Shown here in pieces: positions 8,509 to 20,526 of a DNA stretch of 64,000 nt (position 1 is the stretch's first letter; every line of letters begins with the position of its first letter). A program made the position numbers and the translations under genes. Source of the stretch: an uncultured Alphaproteobacteria bacterium (lineage in GTDB: Bacteria > Pseudomonadota > Alphaproteobacteria > ATCC43930 > CGMCC-115725); NCBI GenBank assembly GCA_963716115.1, contig CAVQSZ010000021.1:36779-100778 (forward strand), written 5' to 3'. The notes beneath the pieces were generated by a model. The model ran no database searches. It was not told where the DNA came from and saw nothing but the letters and a program-made list of their open reading frames with translations.

Positions 8509-9558
8509 TCAGTGGAATTTCGGCATGACCTCCCGACAGAGGAGGTTCATCGCGGTCATCACCTGCGCGTGCGGGATCAGGCCGCCGCAATTCAATTCGG
8601 CAAGGATGCCGTCGACGCCGAGCTCATGCTGCAGCGCGCGCAGCCGCTCGACCACCTGATCGGGGGTGCCGACCAGGACCTGGCCCTGCAACGCCTCGTC
8701 ATAGGTCAGGCTTTCGAGCCGCGCCAGCCGCTCCGAGCGGCCCTCGACCGCCCGCGTGCCGGCCCGCGACATCGAATCGCGCAGCCGCTCGGTCTGCTCG
8801 CGGTAGAAATGCATCAGGCTTTCCCGCGGCTCGGAGCGCGCCTGGTCGGCGGTTTCGGCGAGATAGGTCGGGACCCGCAGAAACACCTGCCCCGCGCCTG
8901 GATGCCCGGCCGCCGCGTAGGCCTCGCGGTAGGCGCGGACCGCCGGGGCGAACTCGGCGAAGTCGCCGTGGCGGGCGTTGATGAAGATCGGCAGGCCGCG
9001 CTCGCCGACCGCGGGGTAGGTGTCGGGGCTGGCGGCGGCGATGCGGATCGGCGGCGACGGCTGCTGATAGGGCTTCGGCGTCACCGCGATATTGTCGAAG
9101 CGGTAGTATTTGCCGTCGAACGAGACCGCCGGCCGCGACCACGCCTGCTCGACGATGTCGAGGACCTCAAGAAAGCGGTCGCGGCTTTCCGCGTAGGAGA
9201 CGCCGTAGTCTTCATAGGTGCGCGGCAGGCCGCTGCGGCCGACGCCGAAGATCAGGCGCCCGCGGCTGATCTGATCGACCGTCGCGGCCTCCTCGGCGAG
9301 CCGCAGCGGGTGGCACAGCGGCAACACCTGGACCGCGATCCCGATCTTGATGCGGCGGGTGCGGGCGGCGATCGCGCTGGCGATGCTGAGCGGCGCCGAC
9401 AAGACCGAGCGCTGCGGGTCGAAATGCAGCTCGGCCAGCCACATCACGTCGAGGCCCCATTCCTCGGCCGCGTCGATCTGGGCAAAGGCTTCGGCGAAGG
9501 CATCGGCGTCGCTGCGCCCCGGCAATGCCGGGAACTGGTGAAACATGCCGAATTCCAT
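8509..9558 (-). CDS. Luciferase-like (LLM class) flavin-dependent oxidoreductase
   Basis: MEFGMF..WGLDVMWLAELHF..RIKIGIAVQVLPLCHPLRLAEEAATVDQISRGRLIFGVG. ATG at 9558 follows aaggagacc. Confidence 0.8.
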   Translation of the reverse strand: MEFGMFHQFPALPGRSDADAFAEAFAQIDAAEEWGLDVMWLAELHFDPQRSVLSAPLSIASAIAARTRRIKIGIAVQVLPLCHPLRLAEEAATVDQISRGRLIFGVGRSGLPRTYEDYGVSYAESRDRFLEVLDIVEQAWSRPAVSFDGKYYRFDNIAVTPKPYQQPSPPIRIAAASPDTYPAVGERGLPIFINARHGDFAEFAPAVRAYREAYAAAGHPGAGQVFLRVPTYLAETADQARSEPRESLMHFYREQTERLRDSMSRAGTRAVEGRSERLARLESLTYDEALQGQVLVGTPDQVVERLRALQHELGVDGILAELNCGGLIPHAQVMTAMNLLCREVMPKFH

Positions 9559-9827
9559 GGCGGCGGTCTCCTTCTGGCCCTTCCTGGCATCGTGGACATC
9601 GCACAGCGCACGCGCAAGAGGCGAGAGCCGCAGCGCGGCCCGGCCAGAAGCCCAACCCCGCCGCGGCAATTAATTTCGGTCCGGTGTGAAACGCCTCACA
9701 CGCGCCGCGGCGCCGCCGGCGCAACATCGACCCAACCGGCCGGCGAAAGAGCGGGAGAGGAGCATATCAGATGCGCAACGCAGAAGGCGCTTCGGGCGCC
9801 GCGCCGATACAACCGAAGGAGAAGAAC

Positions 9828-10832
9828 ATGAAGCATCCGATCGCCGCCTTGGGACTGCTGACGCTGGCGAGCTTATCGACCGCCTGCACCCGCTATATTC
9901 ACGACACCTTCAATGTCGATGCCGGGAGCGGCGCGACGCTCGACGCACAGCAGCGGGTTATCCTGGTGACGAAGCAAGGCGGGCCCGAGCATAACCAATT
10001 CCTCGTCTGCGCCGAGCCGAGCCCGGACGCGATCTCGGCGATCGCCGGAGCCGTGGCGCTGCAAGGCGGCAACGCGGAGGTCCAGGGCGGGCTCAACGCG
10101 GCGATGAGCGAGGCCGCCGCCTCGATCGGCATCCGCACCCCGACAATCCAGCTGTTGCGGGACGGCCTCTACCGCGCCTGCGAAGGCTATCTGAACGGGA
10201 TCCTCGACCGCGAATCCTACCAGATCATCCTGCGCAACTATGACCGGGTGATGGTGGCGCTGCTGGCGCTCGACGCCGCAGCAGGCAGCCCGCGCGCGCA
10301 GAACATCTCGATCTCCGGCGGCGACGTGCAGGTGCAGGGCGGATCGGGAAAAGGCGCGTCCGCCGGCGCCGGCGACGGCGGATCGCCCGGCGGCGAAACG
10401 CCGGGATCGATCACGATCAAGGCGCAGGCGGGCGCGGCGCCGGCGAGCGCCCCGAGCCTCGTCGGCATCGAGCACGCCGACCAGGTCATGAAGACGGTGG
10501 CCGATTACATGCTCGACAACAACAAATGGTACGTCGCCAATTGCCTGACCATAGTCGAGCAGCGGCTCAAGCCACATCCGACTTATGGAGATACTGTGGT
10601 GGATCCCGCCAAGGAAGATCCGGCGAGGATACCGAACCGCACGAGACTCCCTGATCAGGGATTGCGAGAGCGTTCTTGCCGGCAGGTCCAGGCTCGACGG
10701 GCCGCGCCTATACGCCGGCGACATGCCATCGAAACCCTTGGGGCCGGCCGGCCGCGCGGCGAAGCCCGGGGCGCCGGCGCGCCCCGCGGCGGTGGCGGTG
10801 AGCAATCCGTAACGCAGGGGGGTCGCGCATGA
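9828..10832 (+). CDS. Hypothetical lipoprotein
   Basis: MKHPIAALGLLTLASLSTAC is a signal peptide plus lipobox, preceded by an aaggaga RBS. The last ~70 residues are Arg/Gly-rich and atypical, so the 3' end is uncertain. Confidence 0.55.
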   Translation: MKHPIAALGLLTLASLSTACTRYIHDTFNVDAGSGATLDAQQRVILVTKQGGPEHNQFLVCAEPSPDAISAIAGAVALQGGNAEVQGGLNAAMSEAAASIGIRTPTIQLLRDGLYRACEGYLNGILDRESYQIILRNYDRVMVALLALDAAAGSPRAQNISISGGDVQVQGGSGKGASAGAGDGGSPGGETPGSITIKAQAGAAPASAPSLVGIEHADQVMKTVADYMLDNNKWYVANCLTIVEQRLKPHPTYGDTVVDPAKEDPARIPNRTRLPDQGLRERSCRQVQARRAAPIRRRHAIETLGAGRPRGEARGAGAPRGGGGEQSVTQGGRA

Positions 10833-10939
10833 CGGCCGCCGGCCCCTTCGGCTTGCCTTGCTGCGGCGCGCTCTCTATCCTCGCGCGCCGGACGAGGCCC
10901 GGCCGGCCGATCCCGCCGGCCCATGCGAGGACAGTGTCG

Positions 10940-11115
10940 ATGGCGAAGATCAAGGTGGCGCAGCCGGTCGTCGAGCTCGACGGCGACGAGATGACCGGAT
11001 CATCTGGAGCTTGATCAAGACCAAGCAGATCCGGCCGTATCTCGACGTCGACCCGAAATATTACGACCTCGGTGTGAAGAGCCGCGACGCCCTCTCGTCA
11101 GTGCGACGTCAATAG
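10940..11115 (+). pseudogene. icd: 5' remnant of dimeric-type NADP-isocitrate dehydrogenase (about 50 codons, internally frameshifted)
   Basis: MAKIKVAQPVVELDGDEMT, then a 1-nt loss at 10994-10998, then RIIWSLIKTKQIRPYLDVDPKYYDLGVKSRDA. This matches the N-terminus of alphaproteobacterial Icd. Homology ends at about 11095 and a stop follows at 11113. Confidence 0.8.
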
Positions 11116-11135
11116 ATCAACTCAGCCGAACGTAA

Positions 11136-13379
<2,244 letters not shown>

Positions 13380-13415
13380 CGCGGCGTCAAGTGGAGCCGC
13401 CGCCCAGGGCAGCCC

Positions 13416-13590
13416 GCCGACGACAAGACCACCGACGACAAGATCACCGTCGACGCGGCCGATGCGATCAAGCAGGGACGACATGACGCGCGATCTGGCG
13501 ATCCTGGTTCGCGCTGATCATCCCTGGTTGACGACCAGTCAGTTCCTCGACAAGCTCGACGCAAATCTGCAAAAGGCCATGGCGCAGTAA
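13416..13590 (+). pseudogene. icd: 3' remnants of dimeric icd (residues ~53-69 joined to the last ~35 codons)
   Basis: TDDKITVDAADAIKQ (N-terminal region of Icd) is followed, out of frame, by MTRDLAILVRADHPWLTTSQFLDKLDANLQKAMAQ-stop, the canonical Icd C-terminus. Confidence 0.75.
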
Positions 13591-13612
13591 GGCATTGTGA
13601 AGGGAAGCTTTG

Positions 13613-14570
13613 ATGCAGCTCAGCATCCTCGATGATTATCAGGGCGTGGCGCTCGGCATGGCCGATTGGGCCCCGCTCAAAGCCCGCGGCGTGGAGATCG
13701 CGGTCGAGCGCCATGCCTTCGCCGACGCCGACGCGGTGGTGCGCGCGCTCGCAGATTCCGAGCTGGTCGCGGCGATGCGCGAGCGCACGCCGTTTCCGAA
13801 ATCGATTGTCGATCGCCTGCCCAAGCTGAAGCTGTTGATCACCACCGGCATGCGCAACGCCTCCTTCGACATGGCGGCGCTGAAGGAGCGCGGCGTCACC
13901 GTGTGCGGCACCGGCGGCCCCGGCGGCGGCAACGAGGATACCGCCGAGCTCGCCTGGGGGCTGATCCTTGGCGCTGCCCGGCGCATCGCCGAGGATCACC
14001 AGCTGATGCGGCAAGGCGGCTGGCAGACCCGGATCGGCCATCGCGTCGCCGGCAAGACGCTTGGGCCTCTTGGGCCTCGGGCGCCTCGGCGGCGCGGTCG
14101 CCAGGGTCGGCCTCGCCTTTGGCATGAAGGCGATCGCCTGGAGCCAGAACCTGACGGCCGAGAGGGCCAGCGAGCAAGGGGTCGAGCGGGTCGAGAAGGA
14201 CGAGCTGTTCCGCCGCGCCGACATTCTCTCGGTGCACCTGGTGCTGAGCCCGCGCAGCCGCGGCCTGGTCGGCGCGCGCGAGATCGGGCTGATGAAGCCC
14301 TCCGCGATCGTCGTCAACACCTCGCGCGGGCCGATCTGCGACACCGAAGCGATCGTCGCCGCGCTGAAGGAAGGGCGCCTCGCCTATGCCGGGTTCGACG
14401 TCTACGACAAGGAGCCGCTGCCGATCGACCACCCGCTGCGCACCGCGCCGAACGTGATCCTGACGCCGCATATCGGCTACGTCACGGACGAGAACTACCG
14501 CAGCTCCTACCCGCAGATCGTCGAGAACATCGCGGCCTATCTCGACGGCAAGCCGATCCGCGTGATCTGA
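13613..14570 (+). pseudogene. D-isomer-specific 2-hydroxyacid dehydrogenase, interrupted by a 1-nt insertion (may be assembly error)
   Basis: The N-terminal frame ends ..RIGHRVAGKTLG. The NAD motif LLGLGRLGGAV and the rest (..NTSRG..TPHIGY..) continue in the +1 frame from about 14067. The extra base lies in gggcc at 14063-14067. Confidence 0.8.
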
Positions 14571-14627
14571 CGCGAGCTTGATCCGCCCTGCGTTTTCGCG
14601 GAAATGACGCAGCCGGGTCTCTGAGGC

Positions 14628-15176
14628 ATGAGCGGCGGCGATTTTGCGATCCGGGCCTCGCAGGACGGCGATCTCGAGCGGATCGCGGCGATCTACCGTC
14701 ATCATGTCCTGCACGGGGTCGCCTCGTTCGAGGAAATCCCGCCCGGGCCCGACGAGCTCGGGCGGCGGCGCGCCGGGATCCTGGCGCGCGGCCTGCCTTA
14801 TCTGGTCGCCGAGCGGGCCGGACGGGTGCTCGGCTACTGCTACGCCGGGCCCTATCGGACGCGCTCGGCCTATCGCTTCACGCTCGAAGATTCGATCTAC
14901 ATCGACCCCGAGGAGGTCGGGCGCGGGATCGGCCGGGCGCTGCTGGCGCTGCTGATCGAGCGCTGCGCGGCGCTCGGCTATCGGCAGATGGTCGCGGTGA
15001 TCGGCGGCAGCGACCAGTGGCCGTCGATCCGCCTGCACGAGGCGCTGGGCTTCGCCCGGACCGGCCTGCTGCCCGCGGTCGGGCGCAAATTCGGCGGCTG
15101 GGTCGACGGCGTCCTGATGCAGCGCTCGCTCGGTCCGGGGGCCGCGACCGCGCCGGGGGACATCATCCGCGGCTGA
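14628..15176 (+). CDS. GNAT-family N-acetyltransferase (phosphinothricin acetyltransferase-like)
   Basis: IAAIYRHHVLHGVASFEE..YRFTLEDSIYIDPE..GRGIGRALL..HEALGF matches the PAT/GNAT pattern. Confidence 0.75.
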   Translation: MSGGDFAIRASQDGDLERIAAIYRHHVLHGVASFEEIPPGPDELGRRRAGILARGLPYLVAERAGRVLGYCYAGPYRTRSAYRFTLEDSIYIDPEEVGRGIGRALLALLIERCAALGYRQMVAVIGGSDQWPSIRLHEALGFARTGLLPAVGRKFGGWVDGVLMQRSLGPGAATAPGDIIRG

Positions 15177-15198
15177 AGGAGCCGAAGCCGGGCGCCGC

Positions 15199-16443
15199 TC
15201 AGAACAGGATGCCGGTCTCGACCAGCACGCGCGACTGGCTGGTGTTGGTCCCGTTCGCGCCGAAGCCGAGCCCGGAGGCGACGCCGTTGGCCTTGACCCA
15301 GGAGAACTCGGCGCGGGCGAAGAAATATTTGTATTGGTAGGCCGGCGTCAGGGTCAGCGAGAAGGCGCCGCTGCCGGGGCCGTAGAGCAGGTTGTTGTTG
15401 CCGGTGGTCCCGATGTATTCGACCCGCCCGCCGAGGTTGACGCCATTGCCGAAATTGTAGTTGGCCAGCACCGCGGCGCCGAAGGTCGAGGCGCTCGACC
15501 CGATCCCGATGCTGTTGTTGGTCGGCACGTGGGTTGCCTGGAAATAGGGCTGGATGATCCACGGATCGGAATTGTAGGTGTAGATCAAATTGTAGATTTG
15601 CGAGTTGTTCTGCAGCAGCGGGGTCCGCAGCGTGTTGACGCTGGTCTTGCCGAGATTGCCGCTGGCGACGAACCCGAAGGAGTTGGCGGTGTCGAGGGTG
15701 TAGGTGGCGGAGCCGGCGAGCCAGTTCCACACCCCCGAATCAAAGCCGTCGGTGAACGACAGCGACAGGGCGACCGGGCCGATCGTGTAGTTGGCCTGGG
15801 CCCCCTTGCTGATCGCCGGCTCCTGGTTCCACAACAGGCCGCGCTCGATATTGAGGTTCTGGAAGGAAAAGATGTATTCGGCGCCGATCAGGGTCGGCAA
15901 TTTGCCGCCTTGGATCGAGAAGTTGTCGGTCGGCGCGACTTTCAGGAAACCCATCGGGAACGGCCCCCACAGATTGCCGAACGGCGTGTTGGAGCCGAAG
16001 GTCGCCTGCGCCGCCGAGATGTAGGGCAGGCCCAGCGAGGAGATCGAATAGGCGCCGCCCTGCACATAGAACTGCAGCCATCCGTCGGTCTTTTGCAGGA
16101 ACAGCTGGCCGTTGCTCATGTCCGCCTGCGTCGCGCGGTTGCCCGGAATGACGTTGGGCACGACATTGTTCTGCCACTGGAAGAGGCCGCTGCCGACGCC
16201 GCCCAGATAGAAGTCGCCGAGCCCGGTCTCGAACTTGGTCGGCGGCTGCGCCATCGTCAGCGGGCCGAGGATCACGGGCGCGATCAGCGGCGAGGCGGGC
16301 GCCGCGGCCGCTTGCTCGGCTGCTTCGTGACCACCCCCGGGCGGCGGCGCGGTGGGCTCGTCGGCCCATGCCGCGGGCGCGCCGGCGAGCATTGCGCCGG
16401 CCAGCGCGGCGCCCGGGATCATGCTTTTCTTGATGCTCTTCAT
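15199..16443 (-). CDS. Outer-membrane porin / beta-barrel protein
   Basis: Signal peptide MKSIKKSMIPGAALAGAMLAGAPAAWA, alternating aromatic beta-strand pattern and a C-terminal ..VLVETGILF. The track ORF extends to 16800 only by reading through repeats. Confidence 0.75.
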   Translation of the reverse strand: MKSIKKSMIPGAALAGAMLAGAPAAWADEPTAPPPGGGHEAAEQAAAAPASPLIAPVILGPLTMAQPPTKFETGLGDFYLGGVGSGLFQWQNNVVPNVIPGNRATQADMSNGQLFLQKTDGWLQFYVQGGAYSISSLGLPYISAAQATFGSNTPFGNLWGPFPMGFLKVAPTDNFSIQGGKLPTLIGAEYIFSFQNLNIERGLLWNQEPAISKGAQANYTIGPVALSLSFTDGFDSGVWNWLAGSATYTLDTANSFGFVASGNLGKTSVNTLRTPLLQNNSQIYNLIYTYNSDPWIIQPYFQATHVPTNNSIGIGSSASTFGAAVLANYNFGNGVNLGGRVEYIGTTGNNNLLYGPGSGAFSLTLTPAYQYKYFFARAEFSWVKANGVASGLGFGANGTNTSQSRVLVETGILF

Positions 16444-16566
16444 CGGGGAAGGGGTCTTTCGCACGAAGGTTCCACGGAGCGGGCCTGCGCCGCTGCGGCC
16501 GTCGACGCAAAAGCCGTACCATCGGCCGGCAGGGCTGGAGCACGACCTCTTCCGGTGCGATCGCCC

Positions 16567-16892
16567 CGTCTCGTCACCCCCGCGAAAGCGGGGCTCCATG
16601 GGCAGTTGACGGAGCGTTGGCCCCTGCGTTCCTGCTTTCGCGCAGGGCTGTCCGGGGAAAATTCGGGTCGCAGTGTCGAGCGGGTGTTCTTGTCGATACG
16701 AAAGACAACCTAAGATCGTCTTGGCCGGGCTTGATCCGGCCATCCACGCCTTCGCTTTCCGGCGCTGAAGCCGTGGATGGCCGGGATCAAGCCCGGCCAA
16801 GACGATCTAGAACATGATCGCTAATGCAATCAGTTTCGCTTGCCGCATCAGAATTTTCCCCGGACAGCCCTGCGCTTTCGCGGGAATGACGG
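16567..16892. repeat. Composite dispersed repeat, copy 2 (inverted relative to 1446-1692), plus a 36-bp-arm palindrome and an extra partial unit
   Basis: The blocks ccccgcgaaagcgggg, cgcgcagggctgtccggggaaaat and the hairpin arms 16713-16748 / 16772-16808 (agatcgtcttggccgggcttgatccggccatccacg and its complement). An extra gaattttccccggacagccctgcgc unit lies at 16851-16892. Confidence 0.75.
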
Positions 16893-17006
16893 AAAGAACC
16901 AAGGCGCTCTGGACTTATTCGATCAAGCGCCGGGGGTCGGCGACGCGGGCGCCGTACGGCGCCTCGTGATTAATATTTGGGCAGGCTGGGCGGTTCTTGT
17001 GCGCCG

Positions 17007-17825
17007 CTACCCCTTCGGGCGCGGGTAGACCTCATCGATGACATCGTCGATCCAATGGGTCGCGAGACCGGGGATTTCGACGATTTCGGCCGACAGCTCC
17101 AGCCCGTCGAGCTCGTAGAGGACGGCGCCGAGCCGCTTCTCGCCCGGCATCGGCGGCTGGATCTCGGGGCCGACCAGAAAGCTCGACGCCGGCGCCCAGA
17201 GGTAGCGGGTCCCGTCGCGGCGGAAATCATGCGCCTTGTGCAGGTGGCCGCTGGCGACGAGGGCGACAGGCCGGCGGCGCATCAGCTCGAGGAGGCGGGC
17301 GCGCGGCGCGGGCTTGACCGACCAGTAGCCGGCATCGGCCTCGTCGGGGTGGTCGAGAAACAGCGGGCGGTGCAGAAACCAGGCGACCCGGCGGCCGTGC
17401 GCCCCGGCCATAGCGTCATCGAGCCAGCGATCCTGGTCCGCCTCGGCCGCTTCGCCGCTGCCGAGGAGCATCGCGTCGAGCCCGATCAGCCGCCAGCCGG
17501 CGACATCCTCGACCCACCGATCCGGCCCGAAATGGGCGCGCCAGCGGGCGAGCCGCCCGGCGTTGACCGGCTGGCGCGGATGGCGCGGGTCGCCGACATC
17601 GTGATTGCCCGGCACGGCCAGAAAACGCACGCCGAGGCCGCGCAGCAGCGCTGCGGCGTAGGCCATGTCCTCCTCGGCATCGGCGCCGTCGACGGTGACG
17701 TCGCCGGTGTGGATCACAAGGTCGGGAAGCTGCGCCCTGATCCAGTCGGCGAGCGGCGGCCAGTTGTCGGCGAAATGCGCCTTCTTCGGGCTCAGATGCG
17801 TGTCGGAAATCTGGATTACCCGCAT
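17007..17825 (-). CDS. Metallophosphoesterase (calcineurin-like)
   Basis: MRVIQISDTHL..HTGDV..VPGNHD..GHLH motifs. The ATG overlaps the end of the upstream HAD gene by 10 nt. Confidence 0.8.
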   Translation of the reverse strand: MRVIQISDTHLSPKKAHFADNWPPLADWIRAQLPDLVIHTGDVTVDGADAEEDMAYAAALLRGLGVRFLAVPGNHDVGDPRHPRQPVNAGRLARWRAHFGPDRWVEDVAGWRLIGLDAMLLGSGEAAEADQDRWLDDAMAGAHGRRVAWFLHRPLFLDHPDEADAGYWSVKPAPRARLLELMRRRPVALVASGHLHKAHDFRRDGTRYLWAPASSFLVGPEIQPPMPGEKRLGAVLYELDGLELSAEIVEIPGLATHWIDDVIDEVYPRPKG

Positions 17826-18485
17826 CGCTCCCCGCGCAGAAAGGCGGCGAGCTCGGCCATCTGCCCGAACACGGCCGAGCAGCCGGCGGCGAGCAGCCGG
17901 TCGGCGTGATCGCCGGGGCAATGGCTGCCGCCGCAGAAACCGACGACCGGCATCCGCGCGGCGAGCGCCGCCTCGACGCCGGCCGGGCTGTCCTCGACCA
18001 CAAGGCATTCCGACGGGGCCACGGCGAGCTCGCGCGCGGCATGGAGGAAGAGGTCGGGCGCGGGCTTGCCGGCGGCGACCTGCGTCGCGCTGAAGACGTG
18101 CGGGTCGAAGAGCGGCAAGAGCCCGGTCAGCGCCAGCCGCTCGCGCACCCGCGGCAAGTGACCGTTCGAGGCGACGCAGCGCGGCACCGGCAGCCCGGCG
18201 AGCAGCGCCTCGATGCCGGGCATCGGCTGCAACTCGCGCTGCAAGCGCAAGGGCTGCGCGCGCCGCGCATGGTCTCGAAGAACTCGTCCGTCGAGCGTGC
18301 GCCCGAAGCGGGCCTCGACCGCGGCGGTCAGGGTCGCGCGGTTGCGGCCGAAGCCCAGCGCCAGCGCCTCCTCGATCGTCGCCGGGAGAATCCGCCTCGA
18401 CGAGGCATTCGCCGAGCACGCGGGCGAAGATCAGCTCGCTGTCGATCAGCACGCCGTCGCAATCGAAAATGACGAGATCGGGCAT
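17816..18485 (-). pseudogene. HAD-superfamily hydrolase, frameshifted near codon 32 (may be assembly error)
   Basis: Motif I MPDLVIFDCDGVLIDSE is in one frame (ATG 18485). ILPATIEEALALGFGRN..CVASNG..GKPAPDLF..VVEDSPAGVEAA continues in another frame from about 18391. Confidence 0.75.
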
Positions 18486-18498
18486 CTCGCTGTTGCCG

Positions 18499-19257
18499 TC
18501 AGCCGCGGCCGATATAGGGCATCTTGGTCGCCATCACGGTCATGAACTGGACGTTGGCCTCGAGCGGCAGGGTGGCCATGTAGAGGACACCTCGGGCGAC
18601 GTGCTCGACATCGATGCGCGGCTCGGCCTCGACCCGGCCGGTGGCCTGCAGGCGGCCGCGGGCGGTGTCCTCGTTGCGGGTGGTGGCGGCATTGCCGATG
18701 TCGATCTGGCCGCAGGCGATGTCGTATGGCCGGCCGTCCAACGACAGCGAGCGGGTCAAGCCGGTCAGCGCGTGCTTGGTCGCGACATAGGGGGTCGAGC
18801 TGCGCCGCGGCACATGCGCCGAGACCGAGCCGTTGTTGATGATCCGCCCGCCCTGCGGCTCCTGCTCCTTCATCATGCGGAAGGCGTGCTGCGCGCACAG
18901 GAACGAGCCGGTCAAATTGACCGAGACGACGTTCGACCACTGCTCGAGGGTCAAATCCTCGAACGCCACGCCGCGGGTGCTGATGCCGGCATTGTTGAAC
19001 AACAGGTCGATGCGCCCGTAGGCCTCCCTGACCCGGTCGAACAGGGCGGCGATCTGCGCCGGGTCGGACACGTCGGTCGGCACGACCAGGGTGCGCGGCG
19101 GCGGCGCGTTGGCGAGGGCGGCGGTCTCCTCGAGCATCCCGCGGCGGCGGCCGGCGAGCACGACGGAAAACCCCGCCTCGACCAAGGCCAAGGCCGAGGC
19201 GCGGCCGATGCCGCTGCCGGCGCCGGTGACGACGGCGATCTTTGCTGGTGTTTGCAT
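18499..19257 (-). CDS. SDR-family oxidoreductase
   Basis: [13 protein letters not shown] and YVATK motifs. Full-length 252 aa. Confidence 0.85.
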   Translation of the reverse strand: MQTPAKIAVVTGAGSGIGRASALALVEAGFSVVLAGRRRGMLEETAALANAPPPRTLVVPTDVSDPAQIAALFDRVREAYGRIDLLFNNAGISTRGVAFEDLTLEQWSNVVSVNLTGSFLCAQHAFRMMKEQEPQGGRIINNGSVSAHVPRRSSTPYVATKHALTGLTRSLSLDGRPYDIACGQIDIGNAATTRNEDTARGRLQATGRVEAEPRIDVEHVARGVLYMATLPLEANVQFMTVMATKMPYIGRG

Positions 19258-19313
19258 GTTGATTTCTCCCGCTAGCGCTCAGGCGCATTCAGATGATGCA
19301 GTCTTGCCGCACT

Positions 19314-19383
19314 CGTCGTGCCCGGCCTTGTGCCGGGCATCCACGGAATCGTGGATGGCCGGGACCAGCCCACGACTGTCCGG
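19314..19383. repeat. REP hairpin pair (cgtcgtgcccggccttgtgccgggcatccacg / cgtggatggccgggaccagcccacgactgtccgg)
   Basis: Same family as 16713-16808 and 42341-42429. It sits immediately left of the IS remnant. Confidence 0.7.
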
Positions 19384-19484
19384 TTCCGCTTTGGAGGGGG
19401 CAAACACGATAGCGACGCATCATCAGTACAACCGAATGTCGTCATGGCCGGGCTTGTCCCACGGCTGTCCGGCATGGTTTTTGC

Positions 19485-19859
19485 TCAAAGGAGAGCGAGC
19501 TGATTGGGGTTGATCGGGACAGGCTGATCCGGCTCAAGCAGCGCACGCAGATCGCGTTTGTGCATCAAATTGGCGCGGATCAGGCGGGCAAAGGCAAGGG
19601 GGCTGGTCACGGCCGTTTGGCTCGCCTGGGCCAGGCGCAGCAACAGGAAGCTGATCAGAGCGACCGCCACTTGAATTCGAACCGCGTTCTCGGAGGCGCC
19701 GAGAAAGCGGGTGATCTTCAGCGTCTGCTTGATCCAGCGAAAGAACAGCTCGATCGCCCACCGTCGCTTATAAAGATCAGCGATCAGCTGCGCTGGCGCA
19801 GTCAGGTCATTGGTCACGATCCGCAGGATCTTGCCGCTGTCGATCCTCACCCGGGTCAA
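19485..19859 (-). pseudogene. IS4-family transposase, C-terminal fragment
   Basis: DLYKRRWAIELFFRWIKQTLKI carries the Y-x2-R-x3-E-x6-K signature of IS4-type DDE transposases. Confidence 0.75.
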
Positions 19860-19920
19860 GCCCGGGGCAGGTTTTGACGTTGGCCGCGCTGAACCCGGCA
19901 GACGGGTTGGTCGGCCGGAT

Positions 19921-20361
19921 CTAAACCACGTGCACCTTCCCCCCCGGCGAGGCCGCCCACCGCGCGCTGCGCCCGCTCAGCGCCAGCGAGGTCGCATCGA
20001 TCAGATAAGTCGTGCCCTCCAGCTTGCGGCGCAGCCCCCGATGCGCCCGCTTGACCACAACCGCGAGCAAATCGGCGAACAACGCGCTCGACCGATGGGC
20101 ATTGGCATCGGCGAGGCTCGACCGGCGAACCACGCCGATCCCCAAATGATAGAGCCGGGTTTGATGGCTGCTCAGCCCGATCGCGATCTCGCGCAGGCTG
20201 ACCGCGCCGGAAAGCTGGGCATAGATCATCGCCACCAGCTGTGTCTTGGCGGTGAACCCGCGCTGTCGCTGGTCGGCTCCGTGGACCTCGACCAGCCGCT
20301 CAAATTCGCCCCAAGGAAGATGCTTCAGCACAGTGTGAAACACGGTATTATGGTGTCGCAC
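19921..20361 (-). pseudogene. IS4-family transposase, N-terminal fragment (DUF4372-like plus first catalytic Asp region)
   Basis: (V)RHHNTVFHTVLKHLPWGEFERLVEVHGADQRQRGFTAKTQLVAMIYAQLSG..TYLIDATSLAL. The segment carrying the second Asp is missing between the two fragments. Confidence 0.7.
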
Positions 20362-20526
20362 GGCATTGTCCCCTTTCGTGTCCTGGAACGTCGCCAACGT
20401 CCAAACACGAATACATACAGTGCCGTGCCACCCGTAAAGCACAAAATGTGCCGGACAGCCGTGGCACAAGCCCGGCCATGACGTTGAGTGAATCTTATGT
20501 CTGCGTCTGAGCACTAGCTAGACCTC

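Larger units (their letters stand above)
19440..20483 (-). mobile_element. IS4-family insertion sequence remnant (internally deleted), bounded by 35-bp inverted repeats
   Basis: The ends cgtcatggccgggcttgtcccacggctgtccggca (19440-19474) and the complement of 20449-20483 match at 34/35 positions. They enclose two transposase fragments in the same orientation. Confidence 0.75.

Noticed and set aside
15199-16800. 533-aa version of the porin ORF
   Set aside because: The upstream 119 codons translate the composite repeat (..IFPGQPCAKAGTQG..). The signal peptide and RBS-compatible ATG are at 16443.
16713-16808. CRISPR array or other regularly spaced repeat array among the many hairpin repeats (also 1446-1528, 19314-19383, 42341-42429)
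   Set aside because: The repeats are inverted palindromes scattered singly at gene ends. They are not direct repeats with uniform spacers, and no cas genes are present.
18230-18300. A second, compensated pair of frameshifts inside the HAD hydrolase (a ..TDEFFETMRGAR.. peptide is visible in the third frame)
   Set aside because: The peptide resembles the usual HAD cap region, but the main frame stays open and plausible here. Without an alignment I cannot distinguish coincidence from a real double indel.
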